Assembly (NCBI GenBank): GCA_965223265.1 | Contig: OZ244999.1 | Location: forward strand, 6,528,001 to 6,592,000 | DNA: 64,000 nt | Origin: Planctomycetota bacterium | GTDB taxonomy: Bacteria; Planctomycetota; UBA8108; SXIK01 | Direction of reading: 5' to 3' | Shown: in pieces, positions 49,986-59,627 of the stretch | How the letters are laid out: every line of letters begins with the position of its first letter | Numbering within the stretch: position 1 is the first letter of the stretch | Program-made: the position numbers and the translations under genes | Notes under the pieces: model-generated | Seen by the model: the letters and a program-made list of their open reading frames with translations, nothing else | Told to the model about the DNA's origin: nothing | The model's database searches: none

Positions 49986-51179
49986 TCAATGAACTGCGTT
50001 CTTGAGCACAAGATCGGCAAGTCGTTCTGGATCGCCGGGCATGATGTCATCCGGGACATTTTGACCATCGGTGATGAATGACACGGGCCGTCCGATCGTA
50101 AAAAGCGCTTTCACGAGCGCGCCGAAGGAAACGGTCTCGTCGACCTTCGTCAGGATCACGGCGTCAAAATCGATCCCCATGAAGCGGTTCGCGATATTCT
50201 CCAGAGTCGAACCGTGAGTCGTGGTACTCAAGACGAGGTGCGTCTCGACATCCGGCAGCACGGATAGAAATCCTCTCAGCTCGGCCATCTTGAGTTCGTC
50301 GCGATGACTGCGGCCGGCGGAATCGATGAAAACAAGATCCACCTCTCGCTCGCGAAATTCATCGATAACATCGCTCAACTCCTGCGGCTGCGCGGCCACT
50401 GCCATTGGTAGCCCGATGATCTCCGCATACTTCTCCAACTGGTCGATCGCAGCGATACGGAACGTATCGAGCGTCACGAGACCAACCCGCATCCGTTCAT
50501 TGATCTTGGCCCGTGCAGCCAGCTTTGCGATGGTCGTTGTTTTGCCGACGCCGGTCGGGCCAACGAGTGCGATCAAACGCGGCTTGATCTTCTTGTTGAG
50601 GGGCGGGGACGGGAGAAAGAGCTGCGTCAACTGGGAATGGACGACTGAACGCACTCGCGCGGGCTCCGGAAATCCTTCCGGAATCTTCAGCGTCGCGATG
50701 TGCTGCGAGAGCCGATCAGCGATCTGGGGATCGACCTCCTTCGAGATCAGGAGCTCGTAGCATTCCGAGAGAAACGGATGGTCATACTTCTGAAGCCCGC
50801 CGGTGCGAGAGACAAACTCCCGGATTTCTTGGCGGATTTGACTCAGGGCGTTGGCGAATTCTTCGTACGACGCAGACGATTGATCTTCGCTTGCCTCGGT
50901 CGCTGGGGTCTCGACTGGAGCCGAGCCGTTCATGGTTTCCGCGCGACTGGGTACGATCTTCCGAGTTCGATTCAGATTCTCTCGCTTGACGTTCTCGATT
51001 CGAGATCGCGTGTCCGCAGCGAACACTTCGACCACCTCGCGACCGCCGAAGCCGAGAACCCCTCCACGCCGAAACGTCCGCGTCTTGACGATCATCGCGT
51101 CGCTCCCCAGCATGGTGCGAACCTTTTCTAAGGCCTCGTCCATGGTGGGGGCTTCGACTCTCGTGAGTCGAAAACTCAT
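49986..51179 (-). CDS. flhF: SRP-family GTPase FlhF
   Basis: GPTGVGKTTTIAKLAA, DTFRIAA, DSAGR, TKVDE, GQNVPDD. Confidence 0.93.
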   Translation of the reverse strand: MSFRLTRVEAPTMDEALEKVRTMLGSDAMIVKTRTFRRGGVLGFGGREVVEVFAADTRSRIENVKRENLNRTRKIVPSRAETMNGSAPVETPATEASEDQSSASYEEFANALSQIRQEIREFVSRTGGLQKYDHPFLSECYELLISKEVDPQIADRLSQHIATLKIPEGFPEPARVRSVVHSQLTQLFLPSPPLNKKIKPRLIALVGPTGVGKTTTIAKLAARAKINERMRVGLVTLDTFRIAAIDQLEKYAEIIGLPMAVAAQPQELSDVIDEFREREVDLVFIDSAGRSHRDELKMAELRGFLSVLPDVETHLVLSTTTHGSTLENIANRFMGIDFDAVILTKVDETVSFGALVKALFTIGRPVSFITDGQNVPDDIMPGDPERLADLVLKNAVH

Positions 51180-51274
51180 ACTCTCTTCCTCCTTTTGCTC
51201 GCTTTTCTGTCCACTGTTTTCATCGCTCAGCTTCGCGGCGACCTCCTACGCCCCACGACGATCGATATCGGCGG

Positions 51275-53413
51275 CTATGCAACGTGCTTCAACGCAACGA
51301 CACCACCGCTTTCGACTTGGATGTCGTCTGGAACCTCCTCATAGGCCAAAACCGGAAGATCCGGAAGTCGACGCTGGACCCAACGCTGCAGAAGCGGTCG
51401 CACGACGCCGGGGCAAAGAACGACTGTCGGCGCAGACTGATCTTCGACCGAGTCATAGCTCTGCGCCAGCGCGTCCGAAACGAGTCGTTCAAGCTCGGAG
51501 CTCGACGACTCGTCCGTCTCTTCGCCACCACCAGCCGCACGCTGAAGCATTTCCTCGTCAGCTGGGGAAAGATAAAGCGCCCGTAGCCTACCGTTAGGCC
51601 CTGCGATGACTCGACAGATAACGTCGCCCATAGAGCGCCGCACGCGTTCAGCAAGAAGCATCGGATCGCGGCACTCGCCGACGTTTTCAGCAAGAACTCC
51701 GAGTATCGATTCGAGGTCGCGGATCGAAATCCTTTCGCTCAGTAGCCTCTGCAAAACCTTGTGCAGCTCGGTGAGCTTCAAAACTCCTGGCACGAGCTCC
51801 CCAACCAGAACCGGGGAGCGATCTTTGAGATCGGCAACAAGCCGCGCCGTCTCCTCTCGCGTGAGAATCTCCGCAGCTCGCGCTCTAACGACGTCGTAGA
51901 GGTGATCAGAAATCAACTCTGGAGTCGTCCTCATCGTCGACGCAGCGCTCGCTGGCGAGGCGCCTTGGTCGTTCTTGATCCATGCCCCTTCTTGTCCGGT
52001 TATGGGGTCCTCACCGATCTTCGCGTGCGGGACCTTCGCCTGCGGCGCAATCGGCGAAACAAAGACGTGATCCGGATACACACGCCAAGCGCCAAGGGAC
52101 TGACCGCGCAGTCGGATCGAATACTCCGTCGGGCGCAGGCGAATGTTGTCACGAACCTTCACAGCGGGCATGACGAACCCAAGTTCCAGCGCAATTCTCT
52201 CTCGTACCCGAGCAAGACGGTCAAACAGATCGCCCCCACGCCCCTCGTCGACAAAGCCGACAAGTCGAAAGCCAACCTCGAGCTCGATCGGCTCGAGGAC
52301 AAGCAACGACCGGACCGATTCCGGCGAAGCGCCATGCGGTTCTGCGAGCTCAGGCTCGTCGAACGGTTCCTCGGAGGGATAGTCCTCTTCCAGACGCGGC
52401 CGGCGCAGGTACAGCCCGATTCCAAAGCAGACTCCGGCACCCGCAATCAGTACGAGCTTTGGCAGCCCCGACGCCAGCAGCAAGAGCAGAAATCCTCCGA
52501 GGACGAACAGCACGCGGTCGTTGACGAACAACTGCCTTGTCATGTCCCGACTCAAGTTCTCACCGCCGGTGTTCTTGGTCACCAACAACGCAGTCGCGAC
52601 GCTCACCAAAAGGGCCGGCACCTGGCTGACCAGCCCGTCGCCAATCGTGAGCCGTGTGTAGACCTCGGCTGCCTGAGCAATGCCCATGTTGCCCAAGCCC
52701 GCGCCGATGCAGAACCCAGCCACGATGTTGACGAAAGTAATGATGAGACCCGCCACCGCTTCGCCGCGCACAAACTTGCTGGCTCCATCCATCGTGCCGT
52801 AAAAGTCGGCTTGCTCGCTGAGCTCACTCCGAAGCTCCCGCGCAGTCTCTTCGTCGATCAACCCAGATGAATAGTCGTTGTCGATGCTCATTTGCTTCCC
52901 CGGCATGGCATCGAGAGCGAACCGGGCGGCGACCTCGGAAATACGTGTCGCCCCCTTCGTAATGACGACGAACTGAACGACAACGATGATCGCGAAGACG
53001 ATCAAGCCGACGACGATGTTGTCGCCAGCAATAAAGTTTGCGAACGCGTCGATCACGCCACCAGCCGGCTGTGAAGCGCCGGGAACGCTACCAAGGATCA
53101 GTCGCGTTGTCGCGATATTCAACGAGAGTCGGAAAAACGTGATCAGTAGAAGCAGCGACGGAAACACACTGAACTCGAGCGGTGACGCGAGACACGCTGT
53201 GGTCATGAGGATCAGCAGCGAGACAGTGATGTTCAGGACCAGCAGCGCGTCCATAAGCCCTGGCGGAAGCGGGACCAGGATGACGAACAGCACAGCGAGA
53301 AGCCCCGCTGGCACGGCGATGTCGGCTCCGAACCCGGTGCGTCCGAAGGAGTGTGCGTCAAAGTGAGTCTCGCGACTCTGATCGCCAGGATCGGCTCGTC
53401 CCATCTCTTCCAC
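51275..53413 (-). CDS. flhA: Export gate protein FlhA
   Basis: FPSLLL, FRLSLNIATTRLIL, EVAARFALDAMPGKQM, FYGTMDGASKFVRG, TIGDGLVSQVP. Confidence 0.93.
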   Translation of the reverse strand: MEEMGRADPGDQSRETHFDAHSFGRTGFGADIAVPAGLLAVLFVILVPLPPGLMDALLVLNITVSLLILMTTACLASPLEFSVFPSLLLLITFFRLSLNIATTRLILGSVPGASQPAGGVIDAFANFIAGDNIVVGLIVFAIIVVVQFVVITKGATRISEVAARFALDAMPGKQMSIDNDYSSGLIDEETARELRSELSEQADFYGTMDGASKFVRGEAVAGLIITFVNIVAGFCIGAGLGNMGIAQAAEVYTRLTIGDGLVSQVPALLVSVATALLVTKNTGGENLSRDMTRQLFVNDRVLFVLGGFLLLLLASGLPKLVLIAGAGVCFGIGLYLRRPRLEEDYPSEEPFDEPELAEPHGASPESVRSLLVLEPIELEVGFRLVGFVDEGRGGDLFDRLARVRERIALELGFVMPAVKVRDNIRLRPTEYSIRLRGQSLGAWRVYPDHVFVSPIAPQAKVPHAKIGEDPITGQEGAWIKNDQGASPASAASTMRTTPELISDHLYDVVRARAAEILTREETARLVADLKDRSPVLVGELVPGVLKLTELHKVLQRLLSERISIRDLESILGVLAENVGECRDPMLLAERVRRSMGDVICRVIAGPNGRLRALYLSPADEEMLQRAAGGGEETDESSSSELERLVSDALAQSYDSVEDQSAPTVVLCPGVVRPLLQRWVQRRLPDLPVLAYEEVPDDIQVESGGVVALKHVA

Positions 53414-53455
53414 TTCTCTAGTGCGACGGACGTCAAACGCGTCCGACCGCAGGTG

Positions 53456-54223
53456 TCACTGCAGCGGTTCCCTACGCTCTCGCAACTGGGCGCGGCGGCG
53501 CGCTTTTACACTTTGGTTTCCGTCCTCACGCAGCGCTTCCTCGCGCACTTCGGCGCGCGTCATCCGAAGGCTTCCCTCGAGAAACCATCGCTGCACGCCA
53601 TAGTCGATGGCGCCCAGCACGACGAGTGCCAGCGCCAACTGTAGTGCGAATCTCAGCACGTTTTCCCAAGTCCCGACCCATGGAGACTCACTCGCCGCGA
53701 ACCCACCGCGCGTCACAAACCCGGCGAGGGCAAACCAGAACATCAGCCCGACGACGAGCAGCTTCAAGGCCGCAAAAATGCCCCGAGCCACACTCGAAGG
53801 AGCCAGCAGTCGTGACAAGCCTGATAGCGGAGCGACGCGGCCCCACTGGGGCAGCACGATCTGCGGAAGAAAAACCCACACCCCTTGCAGAGCGAAACAG
53901 AGGACCATCGTCAGGCAGGCAAACACCGCGATCGGAAAGACACTGGCGGCAAGATATGATGAGAGCTTCCCCGACAGAGTCGCCAGCCCCCCCTCGGTGA
54001 CGAGTTGCCTGGCGTCGTTGAGCTGCGAAAGAGTGCTGCTGGTGAAGCGGAAGGTCTGATCGGCGAGCTGCGGCATCAGCCATCCGAGGCAGGCGAACGT
54101 CGCGAGCAATGAGAAGGCGACGGTCAAATCGCGACTCTTTGCGATCTGACCGCCTTGTCGAGCCTCCCTCCGTCGTCGTGCGGTCGGCTGTTCAGTCCGC
54201 TGCTCTTTGTCATGATCAGCCAT
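53456..54223 (-). CDS. flhB: FlhB, C-terminally truncated (no NPTH/cytoplasmic domain)
   Basis: RTEQPTARRRREARQGGQIAKSRDL N-terminus, 4 TM segments, LRMTRAEVREE...DGNQSVKARRR, then a stop at 255 aa. Confidence 0.85.
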   Translation of the reverse strand: MADHDKEQRTEQPTARRRREARQGGQIAKSRDLTVAFSLLATFACLGWLMPQLADQTFRFTSSTLSQLNDARQLVTEGGLATLSGKLSSYLAASVFPIAVFACLTMVLCFALQGVWVFLPQIVLPQWGRVAPLSGLSRLLAPSSVARGIFAALKLLVVGLMFWFALAGFVTRGGFAASESPWVGTWENVLRFALQLALALVVLGAIDYGVQRWFLEGSLRMTRAEVREEALREDGNQSVKARRRAQLRERREPLQ

Positions 54224-54322
54224 GTGGATTTCCTCGGTCGCAGAACTGCTCGAAGAGACGACCGTGCACCGAGCACCTCACGACAGCACCTAAAGTCAGA
54301 TCCACTCTTGTGCGGTGCGTTT

Positions 54323-55129
54323 TCAATTCACGAACCCCTGCACTGATAGCCGACTCTCGGAAACCGCGGCGTCGAAAAACCGCGCGCAGGTGTCGACGAA
54401 GAACGGGAGCGAAAGCGCCACGACTCCAAGGGCAACGAGCGTACGAAGAAGGAAGCCGAACACGACAGTCTCCAGCTCTGGAAAGAGCCGACTCAAAAAC
54501 CCCTGAGCAACGGAAGCCAAGAGGAGGACGGCAGAAACCGGCAGGACGAGTATCGGCACGGCTTGGAGCAGTAAGGCGCCGACCATCAGCGTGATGCGAC
54601 CGAGGCCGGCTGCAAGACCGTCGGCAGTGAGTTGCCCGGGAGCGATGATCTGGAAGCTGTCGGCAACGGCTCTCAAGATCTCGTGATGAACCTCGACTGC
54701 AAGCAGCGTGAATGTCGCGAGACCACCGTACAGAAGCTTCAACACAGAATCGCCAGCGTCGGCATAGGGATCCAGAAATCCACCAAACGCGAAGCCAGTC
54801 TGCTCGCCGATGAGCGTCGCCGCCGAGCGTACCGCAGCGATCACCAGCAGCGAGGCAGCTCCGATCGCTGCGCCGATGACCGCTTCGCCGAGGATGGTCG
54901 GCAGGAGCGCCAGCGAAACGGGCGGGACGGCTGGCGCCGGCGGCAATCCTTGGAGCAGCGCGAAGGCCAACAAGACAGACACCGCGAGTCGAAATCGAAA
55001 CGGCAGAATACGGCTGGAAAGAACCGGCAACGTCATTGCCAGACCCATGAGACGAGCGGCCGCGAGAAGCGGCACCGCACCGATTCCACTCCACAGCGTT
55101 GACCAGGTTGTCGACGCTATATCGATCAT
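54323..55129 (-). CDS. fliR: Export gate protein FliR
   Basis: Hydrophobic; RLMGLAMTLPVL, GEAVIG, QTGFAF, SRLFPEL; lies between fliQ and flhB. Confidence 0.88.
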   Translation of the reverse strand: MIDIASTTWSTLWSGIGAVPLLAAARLMGLAMTLPVLSSRILPFRFRLAVSVLLAFALLQGLPPAPAVPPVSLALLPTILGEAVIGAAIGAASLLVIAAVRSAATLIGEQTGFAFGGFLDPYADAGDSVLKLLYGGLATFTLLAVEVHHEILRAVADSFQIIAPGQLTADGLAAGLGRITLMVGALLLQAVPILVLPVSAVLLLASVAQGFLSRLFPELETVVFGFLLRTLVALGVVALSLPFFVDTCARFFDAAVSESRLSVQGFVN

Positions 55130-55153
55130 GAAAAGACCTCGGCCCTACGCATC

Positions 55154-55435
55154 TCAGCTACCGAGAACCACATTCATCATGGTTGTCAGCACACTCCGGG
55201 TGTAGTCGGTCACAACATTCAGGATCCACGGCATGAAAAAAAACAGCGTGGCCGCCATCGCAAGTAGCTTCGGAATGATCGAGAGCGTCTGTTCCTGAAT
55301 TTGCGTCACCGCTTGAAAGATGCTGACGAGTAAACCAATGACTAGCCCCACGACAAGAACAGGCAACGCAATCTGCATCGCCGTGAAAAGCGCGCCTCGA
55401 CACAACTCCGTTGCAAGGTCCAGCTGATCCATCAA
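55154..55435 (-). CDS. fliQ: Export gate protein FliQ
   Basis: GLLVSIFQAVTQIQEQTLSIIPK. Confidence 0.95.
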   Translation of the reverse strand: MMDQLDLATELCRGALFTAMQIALPVLVVGLVIGLLVSIFQAVTQIQEQTLSIIPKLLAMAATLFFFMPWILNVVTDYTRSVLTTMMNVVLGS

Positions 55436-55452
55436 TCTTTCGACGCCACCCT

Positions 55453-56319
55453 CTACTGAAAGCTTTGCATCACCTGTCCGACGACCAAGTTCCAGCCGTC
55501 AACGAGAACAAAGACGAGAACCTTTAGCGGTAAAGAAACAAGAACCGGCGGCAACATGAACATGCCCATCGAGAGGAGCACAGCGCTGACAACCAGATCG
55601 ATCATCAAAAACGGCAGCAGCAAAATGAAACCGATCTGAAACGCAGCTTTGAGCTCGCTCAGAACGAACGCCGGCAGCACGATCAAGAAGCTGAGGTCTT
55701 CCACCTTGGTGGCACCGCCAGCGTGTGGGTTCCCGGCTGGATCGGTACCGGCGGACGCGCGTGGCCGCCGTGACGCACCGTCGCCATCAACCAGTTCCAT
55801 CATGAGCGCCAAATCGGATCGCAGCGTATGACGCAGCATGAACTTCTTCAGCGGCGCCTCAGCCAGCGCGACGGCGGCGCTGAGATCTTCGATCTCCCCG
55901 CTGACGAGCGGATCGTAGGCTTTGATACGAACCTCTTGCCAGACCGGAAGCATCACAACGGCAGTGAGAACCAATGCAAGACCATTCATCACGTGGGGCG
56001 GCGGAAGTTCCTGGGTTCCTAACGCTCGCCGCAAGAACGCCAGCACAATCACGATGCGTGGATAGCAGGTCGTCAGAAGGACGATCGTCGGCACAGCCCC
56101 GAACACAGTCACCAACATCATGAAACGAACGGCAACTTGGATGCCTCCAGGCTCAGCACCCATGATCTGGCGCATCAAACCGGACGACCCACCGGCGTCG
56201 TTCGCCCACAGCTCCGCCGGCGTCACTAGGCCGACGACCACGGCTGCCGCGGCACAGAATGCGCGCGTGAGAGTTCGGCGATCCGTCACGGGTCTGAACA
56301 TGTTAAGCGCCCTATCCAT
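55453..56319 (-). CDS. fliP: Export gate protein FliP
   Basis: RRALGTQELPP, PAFVLSELKAAFQIGF, DLVVSAVLLSMGMFMLPP, FVLVDGW. Start uncertain. Confidence 0.93.
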   Translation of the reverse strand: MDRALNMFRPVTDRRTLTRAFCAAAAVVVGLVTPAELWANDAGGSSGLMRQIMGAEPGGIQVAVRFMMLVTVFGAVPTIVLLTTCYPRIVIVLAFLRRALGTQELPPPHVMNGLALVLTAVVMLPVWQEVRIKAYDPLVSGEIEDLSAAVALAEAPLKKFMLRHTLRSDLALMMELVDGDGASRRPRASAGTDPAGNPHAGGATKVEDLSFLIVLPAFVLSELKAAFQIGFILLLPFLMIDLVVSAVLLSMGMFMLPPVLVSLPLKVLVFVLVDGWNLVVGQVMQSFQ

Positions 56320-56348
56320 TGTGTCTTCGCCGTTTGAATCCGGCACGG

Positions 56349-56528
56349 CTAACAGCCCGTTGAAAGAGTCATTCGGCCGAGAACGGGCCTCCGTACGCTC
56401 AGCTCGAACGCGTCAATACTCGCCGTAGTACCTTAGAGAAGAGGGCCGGGGATTACCTGCGCTGGTGACACCCGATCTGGATGCGAAGCGACCGGTTTTC
56501 GACTCGAAGCACTTTTTCAATCAGTCTG
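56349..56528. mobile_element. MITE family A copy between fliO and fliP
   Basis: CTAA-CAGCCCGTTGAAAGAGTCATTCGGCCGAGAA...GTTTTCGACTCGAAGCACTTTTTCAA; inverted relative to 45906-46064. Confidence 0.8.
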
Positions 56529-56573
56529 GAAACCTCAATTCAGCGATTGGATTGGCGCCCTTGAGATCCCGCG

Positions 56574-57284
56574 TCACGGGCTGCGTTCGAAACGCTCGCC
56601 CTCACTGCCAGAGCGCCAATTCTGAAGCAAACTACGCAACCTCGTGACTTCACGCCGATACGGCGTCAAGTCATCGGTGAGTTTCGAAGAAGAGGGATTC
56701 CCACCGCAGGATTCACCGTCCTCAGGATCATCACCCCGAGACTCGCTGTGCGGGCGGAACCAGTACGGGTCCCCGCCGCCGCCCTTGGCAGTGACCGCCG
56801 AATCGAGCGTCAAGGGTGAAACACCCTCGGCGCCGGCATGAACACTGCTCGGTCGGTCGAAAACCGCTAGTGTGGAGATGTTGTCCGGAGTCACGCCGAC
56901 AACAAGCTCGCGATCTCGAACTCGAAGTACCCAGACAGAGTGACGCGGAGAGAGCGCCAGACGATCGACAAGACGAATGTCGTCTCCCGAAGTGCCGACT
57001 CCTAGCCTGCCACGCCGTCGGCGACGATAGACGAACGCGAGACAGCCGACGAGACCGAGCCCGGCTGCAATGTAGCCGACGAGCTGCAGCCTATCCCGAG
57101 CAGGCGAAACACTACTTCGCGCTGGCAGTTCGCGAGCTGAGCGCAGCGGCTGAATCGTGTCTCCAGGCCGAACGTACCCGCCGCTACGAGCGGTTTCAGC
57201 CTCCACCCTAATGCCCGATAGAGTGACGGTGACTGCGACGACGACGGCAGCAATGAGCTTGCCGAATCCTGTTGCTTTCTTCAT
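56574..57284 (-). CDS. fliO: FliO
   Basis: TM segment followed by IRLVDRLALSPRHSVWVLRVRDRELVVGVTPDNISTL. Confidence 0.85.
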   Translation of the reverse strand: MKKATGFGKLIAAVVVAVTVTLSGIRVEAETARSGGYVRPGDTIQPLRSARELPARSSVSPARDRLQLVGYIAAGLGLVGCLAFVYRRRRRGRLGVGTSGDDIRLVDRLALSPRHSVWVLRVRDRELVVGVTPDNISTLAVFDRPSSVHAGAEGVSPLTLDSAVTAKGGGGDPYWFRPHSESRGDDPEDGESCGGNPSSSKLTDDLTPYRREVTRLRSLLQNWRSGSEGERFERSP

Positions 57285-57706
57285 GCTCCCTCCCCATGAC
57301 TGCTGCCCGGGGTTGGCAGAACTTCGGTAACACGGACGCAGAAGCAGTTGTTGAGCACGAGGATCTCACCCCGAGCCAAGAGGATGTCGTTGACGTACAG
57401 GTCTACCGGCTCGTCGGTCCCTCGATCTAGTTCGAGCACAGACCCGCTCTGTAAACGCAAAACGTCCCGCAGCGGCATCCGGCGTCGCCCAAGCTCGACC
57501 CGAACGTCGAGATGGAGCTGCCGGGTGAGCTCAGGAATGGAGTCTTCCACTCCACTGGCAGACACACGATTCTTCGCGGGCGCGGCGACCTCCGCCTCCT
57601 CAGCCGGAAGATCAAGAACCGGCGTCAGGTCGGCGGGAATGTTCGTAGAATCGAGCGCCTCGGCCAGAAGATCGCTCGACTCATCACCTTTTTTTGACGC
57701 GACCAT
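57281..57706 (-). CDS. fliN: C-ring protein FliN (SpoA domain)
   Basis: VRVELGRRRMPLRDVLRLQSGSVLEL...EPVDLYVND...ARGEILV...VRVTEV. Confidence 0.9.
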   Translation of the reverse strand: MVASKKGDESSDLLAEALDSTNIPADLTPVLDLPAEEAEVAAPAKNRVSASGVEDSIPELTRQLHLDVRVELGRRRMPLRDVLRLQSGSVLELDRGTDEPVDLYVNDILLARGEILVLNNCFCVRVTEVLPTPGSSHGEGA

Positions 57707-57835
57707 TCTCTAATCTCCTACGGCTCGACGTTCGTCCCTACCTCTGGTTCGAACGCCAGACGACTCTTCAACTCGCTCTGTCCCTTCACTTCTTCACCTC
57801 TTGTCATGCGACGGCACCCGCTGACGAGCTCTCTC

Positions 57836-58300
57836 TCAACCGTTCGTGCCTCCGGGGACAGGGTCAAACCTCTCCCTGCCGCGTGAGACCCGGGAGATGA
57901 CGGCGTCCTCGTAGTCACGCTCGCGCAACCTTGACTCACGCGCCACAACATCGCGCCGCCGACGCGCCACCAATCTGTCAGTTGCTTGGAGACGGTTCTC
58001 GTCTCTCACCCACTCTTCGAGCCGGACTTGGAGGCGCGTTTGAAGTCGCTGCAACGCGCTCTCAAGAGTCAGTTTCGCGGCAACTCTCTGAGCGAGAGCA
58101 CGGCGCCTCTCAGGCTCACTCAGCGTCGCGTCCGCGTCGACACGCTCGCACCCTTGGAGACAATTGCGCATCCGTCGCTGCAGCACATCGAACTCCTGAT
58201 GAGCGCTCAGGTAGAGGGCCTTGCTACGCGCCAGGTCCAGTTCCCTCAAGCGACGCAGCGCCTGCATCGACCGAATGGTCTCATTTCGTGCGTCAGTCAT
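57836..58300 (-). CDS. fliJ: FliJ-like coiled-coil protein
   Basis: Directly after fliI; MQALRRLRE N-terminus; about 150 aa, helical and charged. Sequence is divergent, so the call rests mostly on position. Confidence 0.6.
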   Translation of the reverse strand: MTDARNETIRSMQALRRLRELDLARSKALYLSAHQEFDVLQRRMRNCLQGCERVDADATLSEPERRRALAQRVAAKLTLESALQRLQTRLQVRLEEWVRDENRLQATDRLVARRRRDVVARESRLRERDYEDAVISRVSRGRERFDPVPGGTNG

Positions 58301-59627
58301 GCACAGCCTCCTCCACATCACCCGCTGCTGCTGTCAACGCTACGAGACGATCCACTGTGCTGGCGAGTTCGCTCGTCTCGAACTCGCTCTGCCGCAAGAA
58401 CGCCTCGATTTCGGGGTAAACCTTCAAAGACGCGTCGATCTGTGGATCCGTGCCCAAGGAGTAGGCGCCCAAACGCACAAAGTCCTCGACTTGACGGTGA
58501 CGTGCCAAGTGCGCTCGCGCCCTGTTGGACGCCGCGAGATGCTGCGGCGTCACGATGCGGCTCTGCGCTCGACTCAGACTAGACAGCGGATCAATCGCGG
58601 GGAAATGCCCCTTCTCCGCCAAGTCACGACTGAGCCAGAGGTGACCGTCGAGAATTCCTCGTGACGAATCGGCGATCGGATCGTGGCGGTCGTCGGCCTC
58701 GACGAGAACTGAGAAAAAACCGGTGACGCTTCCCGCCTCCGTCGGCCCCGCGCGCTCAAGAAGTCGCGGCAAAAGGGCGAATACAGACGGCGGATAACCT
58801 CGAGTCGTCGGTGGTTCGCCGCAGGAAAGCCCTAACTCCCGTTGAGCGGTCGCGACGCGAGTGAGCGAATCCATGAGCAACAGCACCTCGTGCCCCTGGT
58901 CACGGAAGTGCTCCGCGATCGCCGTGGCGACGAACGCAGCTTGAATGCGTCGCAGTGCGGACTCCTCGCTCGTGGCAGCCACAACGATGCATCGACTGAG
59001 GCCATCGTTACGGAGAACCTGCTCGACAAAATCTCGCACCTCGCGACTACGCTCGCCGATCAGCCCGATGACGACGATGGACGCCTCCGTGTGCCGCGCA
59101 ATCATACCGAGAAGCATGCTCTTGCCGACACCGCTGCCGGAGAAGATCCCCATTCGCTGGCCGCGCCCGACGGTCACCAACGAATCGATCACGCGCACGC
59201 CTGTAGCGAGTGGGCGTCGGATCTGCGCACGACTCAATGGGTTTTCAGGGGGGCGATAGAGAGGCACATCGACACCGCGGGAGAGCCGTCCATCGTCGTC
59301 GAGAAGCCGCCCCTCGGAGTCGACGACGTGGCCAACCATGTCATTGCCGACCCGGACTGTGGTGGTCTCTCCTTCGTAGACGATCCGATCGCCGGCGGAG
59401 ATACCGCGCAGGTCATCAAAAGGTGCAACGAATGTATTCTCACGCCGAAAACCGATCACCTCCGCAGCCAGTCGGCGACCGTTGCGACACGTGATCTCGC
59501 ATCGTGCACCGAGCGGCGCGAAGAGCCCACGCGCCTCGACCGTGAGGCCGGAGACGCGGTGAACGCAGCCTTCGATCCGTGCCGCGAAAGCGCTGCGGAC
59601 GATCTGCTCCAGACCGTTCATGTCCAA
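58293..59627 (-). CDS. fliI: Export ATPase FliI
   Basis: GQRMGIFSGSGVGKS, IGERSREV, LLMDSLTR, GEPPTTRGYPPSV, LDGH, FPAID. Confidence 0.95.
   Translation of the reverse strand: MDMNGLEQIVRSAFAARIEGCVHRVSGLTVEARGLFAPLGARCEITCRNGRRLAAEVIGFRRENTFVAPFDDLRGISAGDRIVYEGETTTVRVGNDMVGHVVDSEGRLLDDDGRLSRGVDVPLYRPPENPLSRAQIRRPLATGVRVIDSLVTVGRGQRMGIFSGSGVGKSMLLGMIARHTEASIVVIGLIGERSREVRDFVEQVLRNDGLSRCIVVAATSEESALRRIQAAFVATAIAEHFRDQGHEVLLLMDSLTRVATAQRELGLSCGEPPTTRGYPPSVFALLPRLLERAGPTEAGSVTGFFSVLVEADDRHDPIADSSRGILDGHLWLSRDLAEKGHFPAIDPLSSLSRAQSRIVTPQHLAASNRARAHLARHRQVEDFVRLGAYSLGTDPQIDASLKVYPEIEAFLRQSEFETSELASTVDRLVALTAAAGDVEEAVHD

Noticed and set aside
57718-57951. Small ORF between fliJ and fliN as a FliK/FliL remnant
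   Set aside because: It overlaps fliJ and shows no recognisable similarity.
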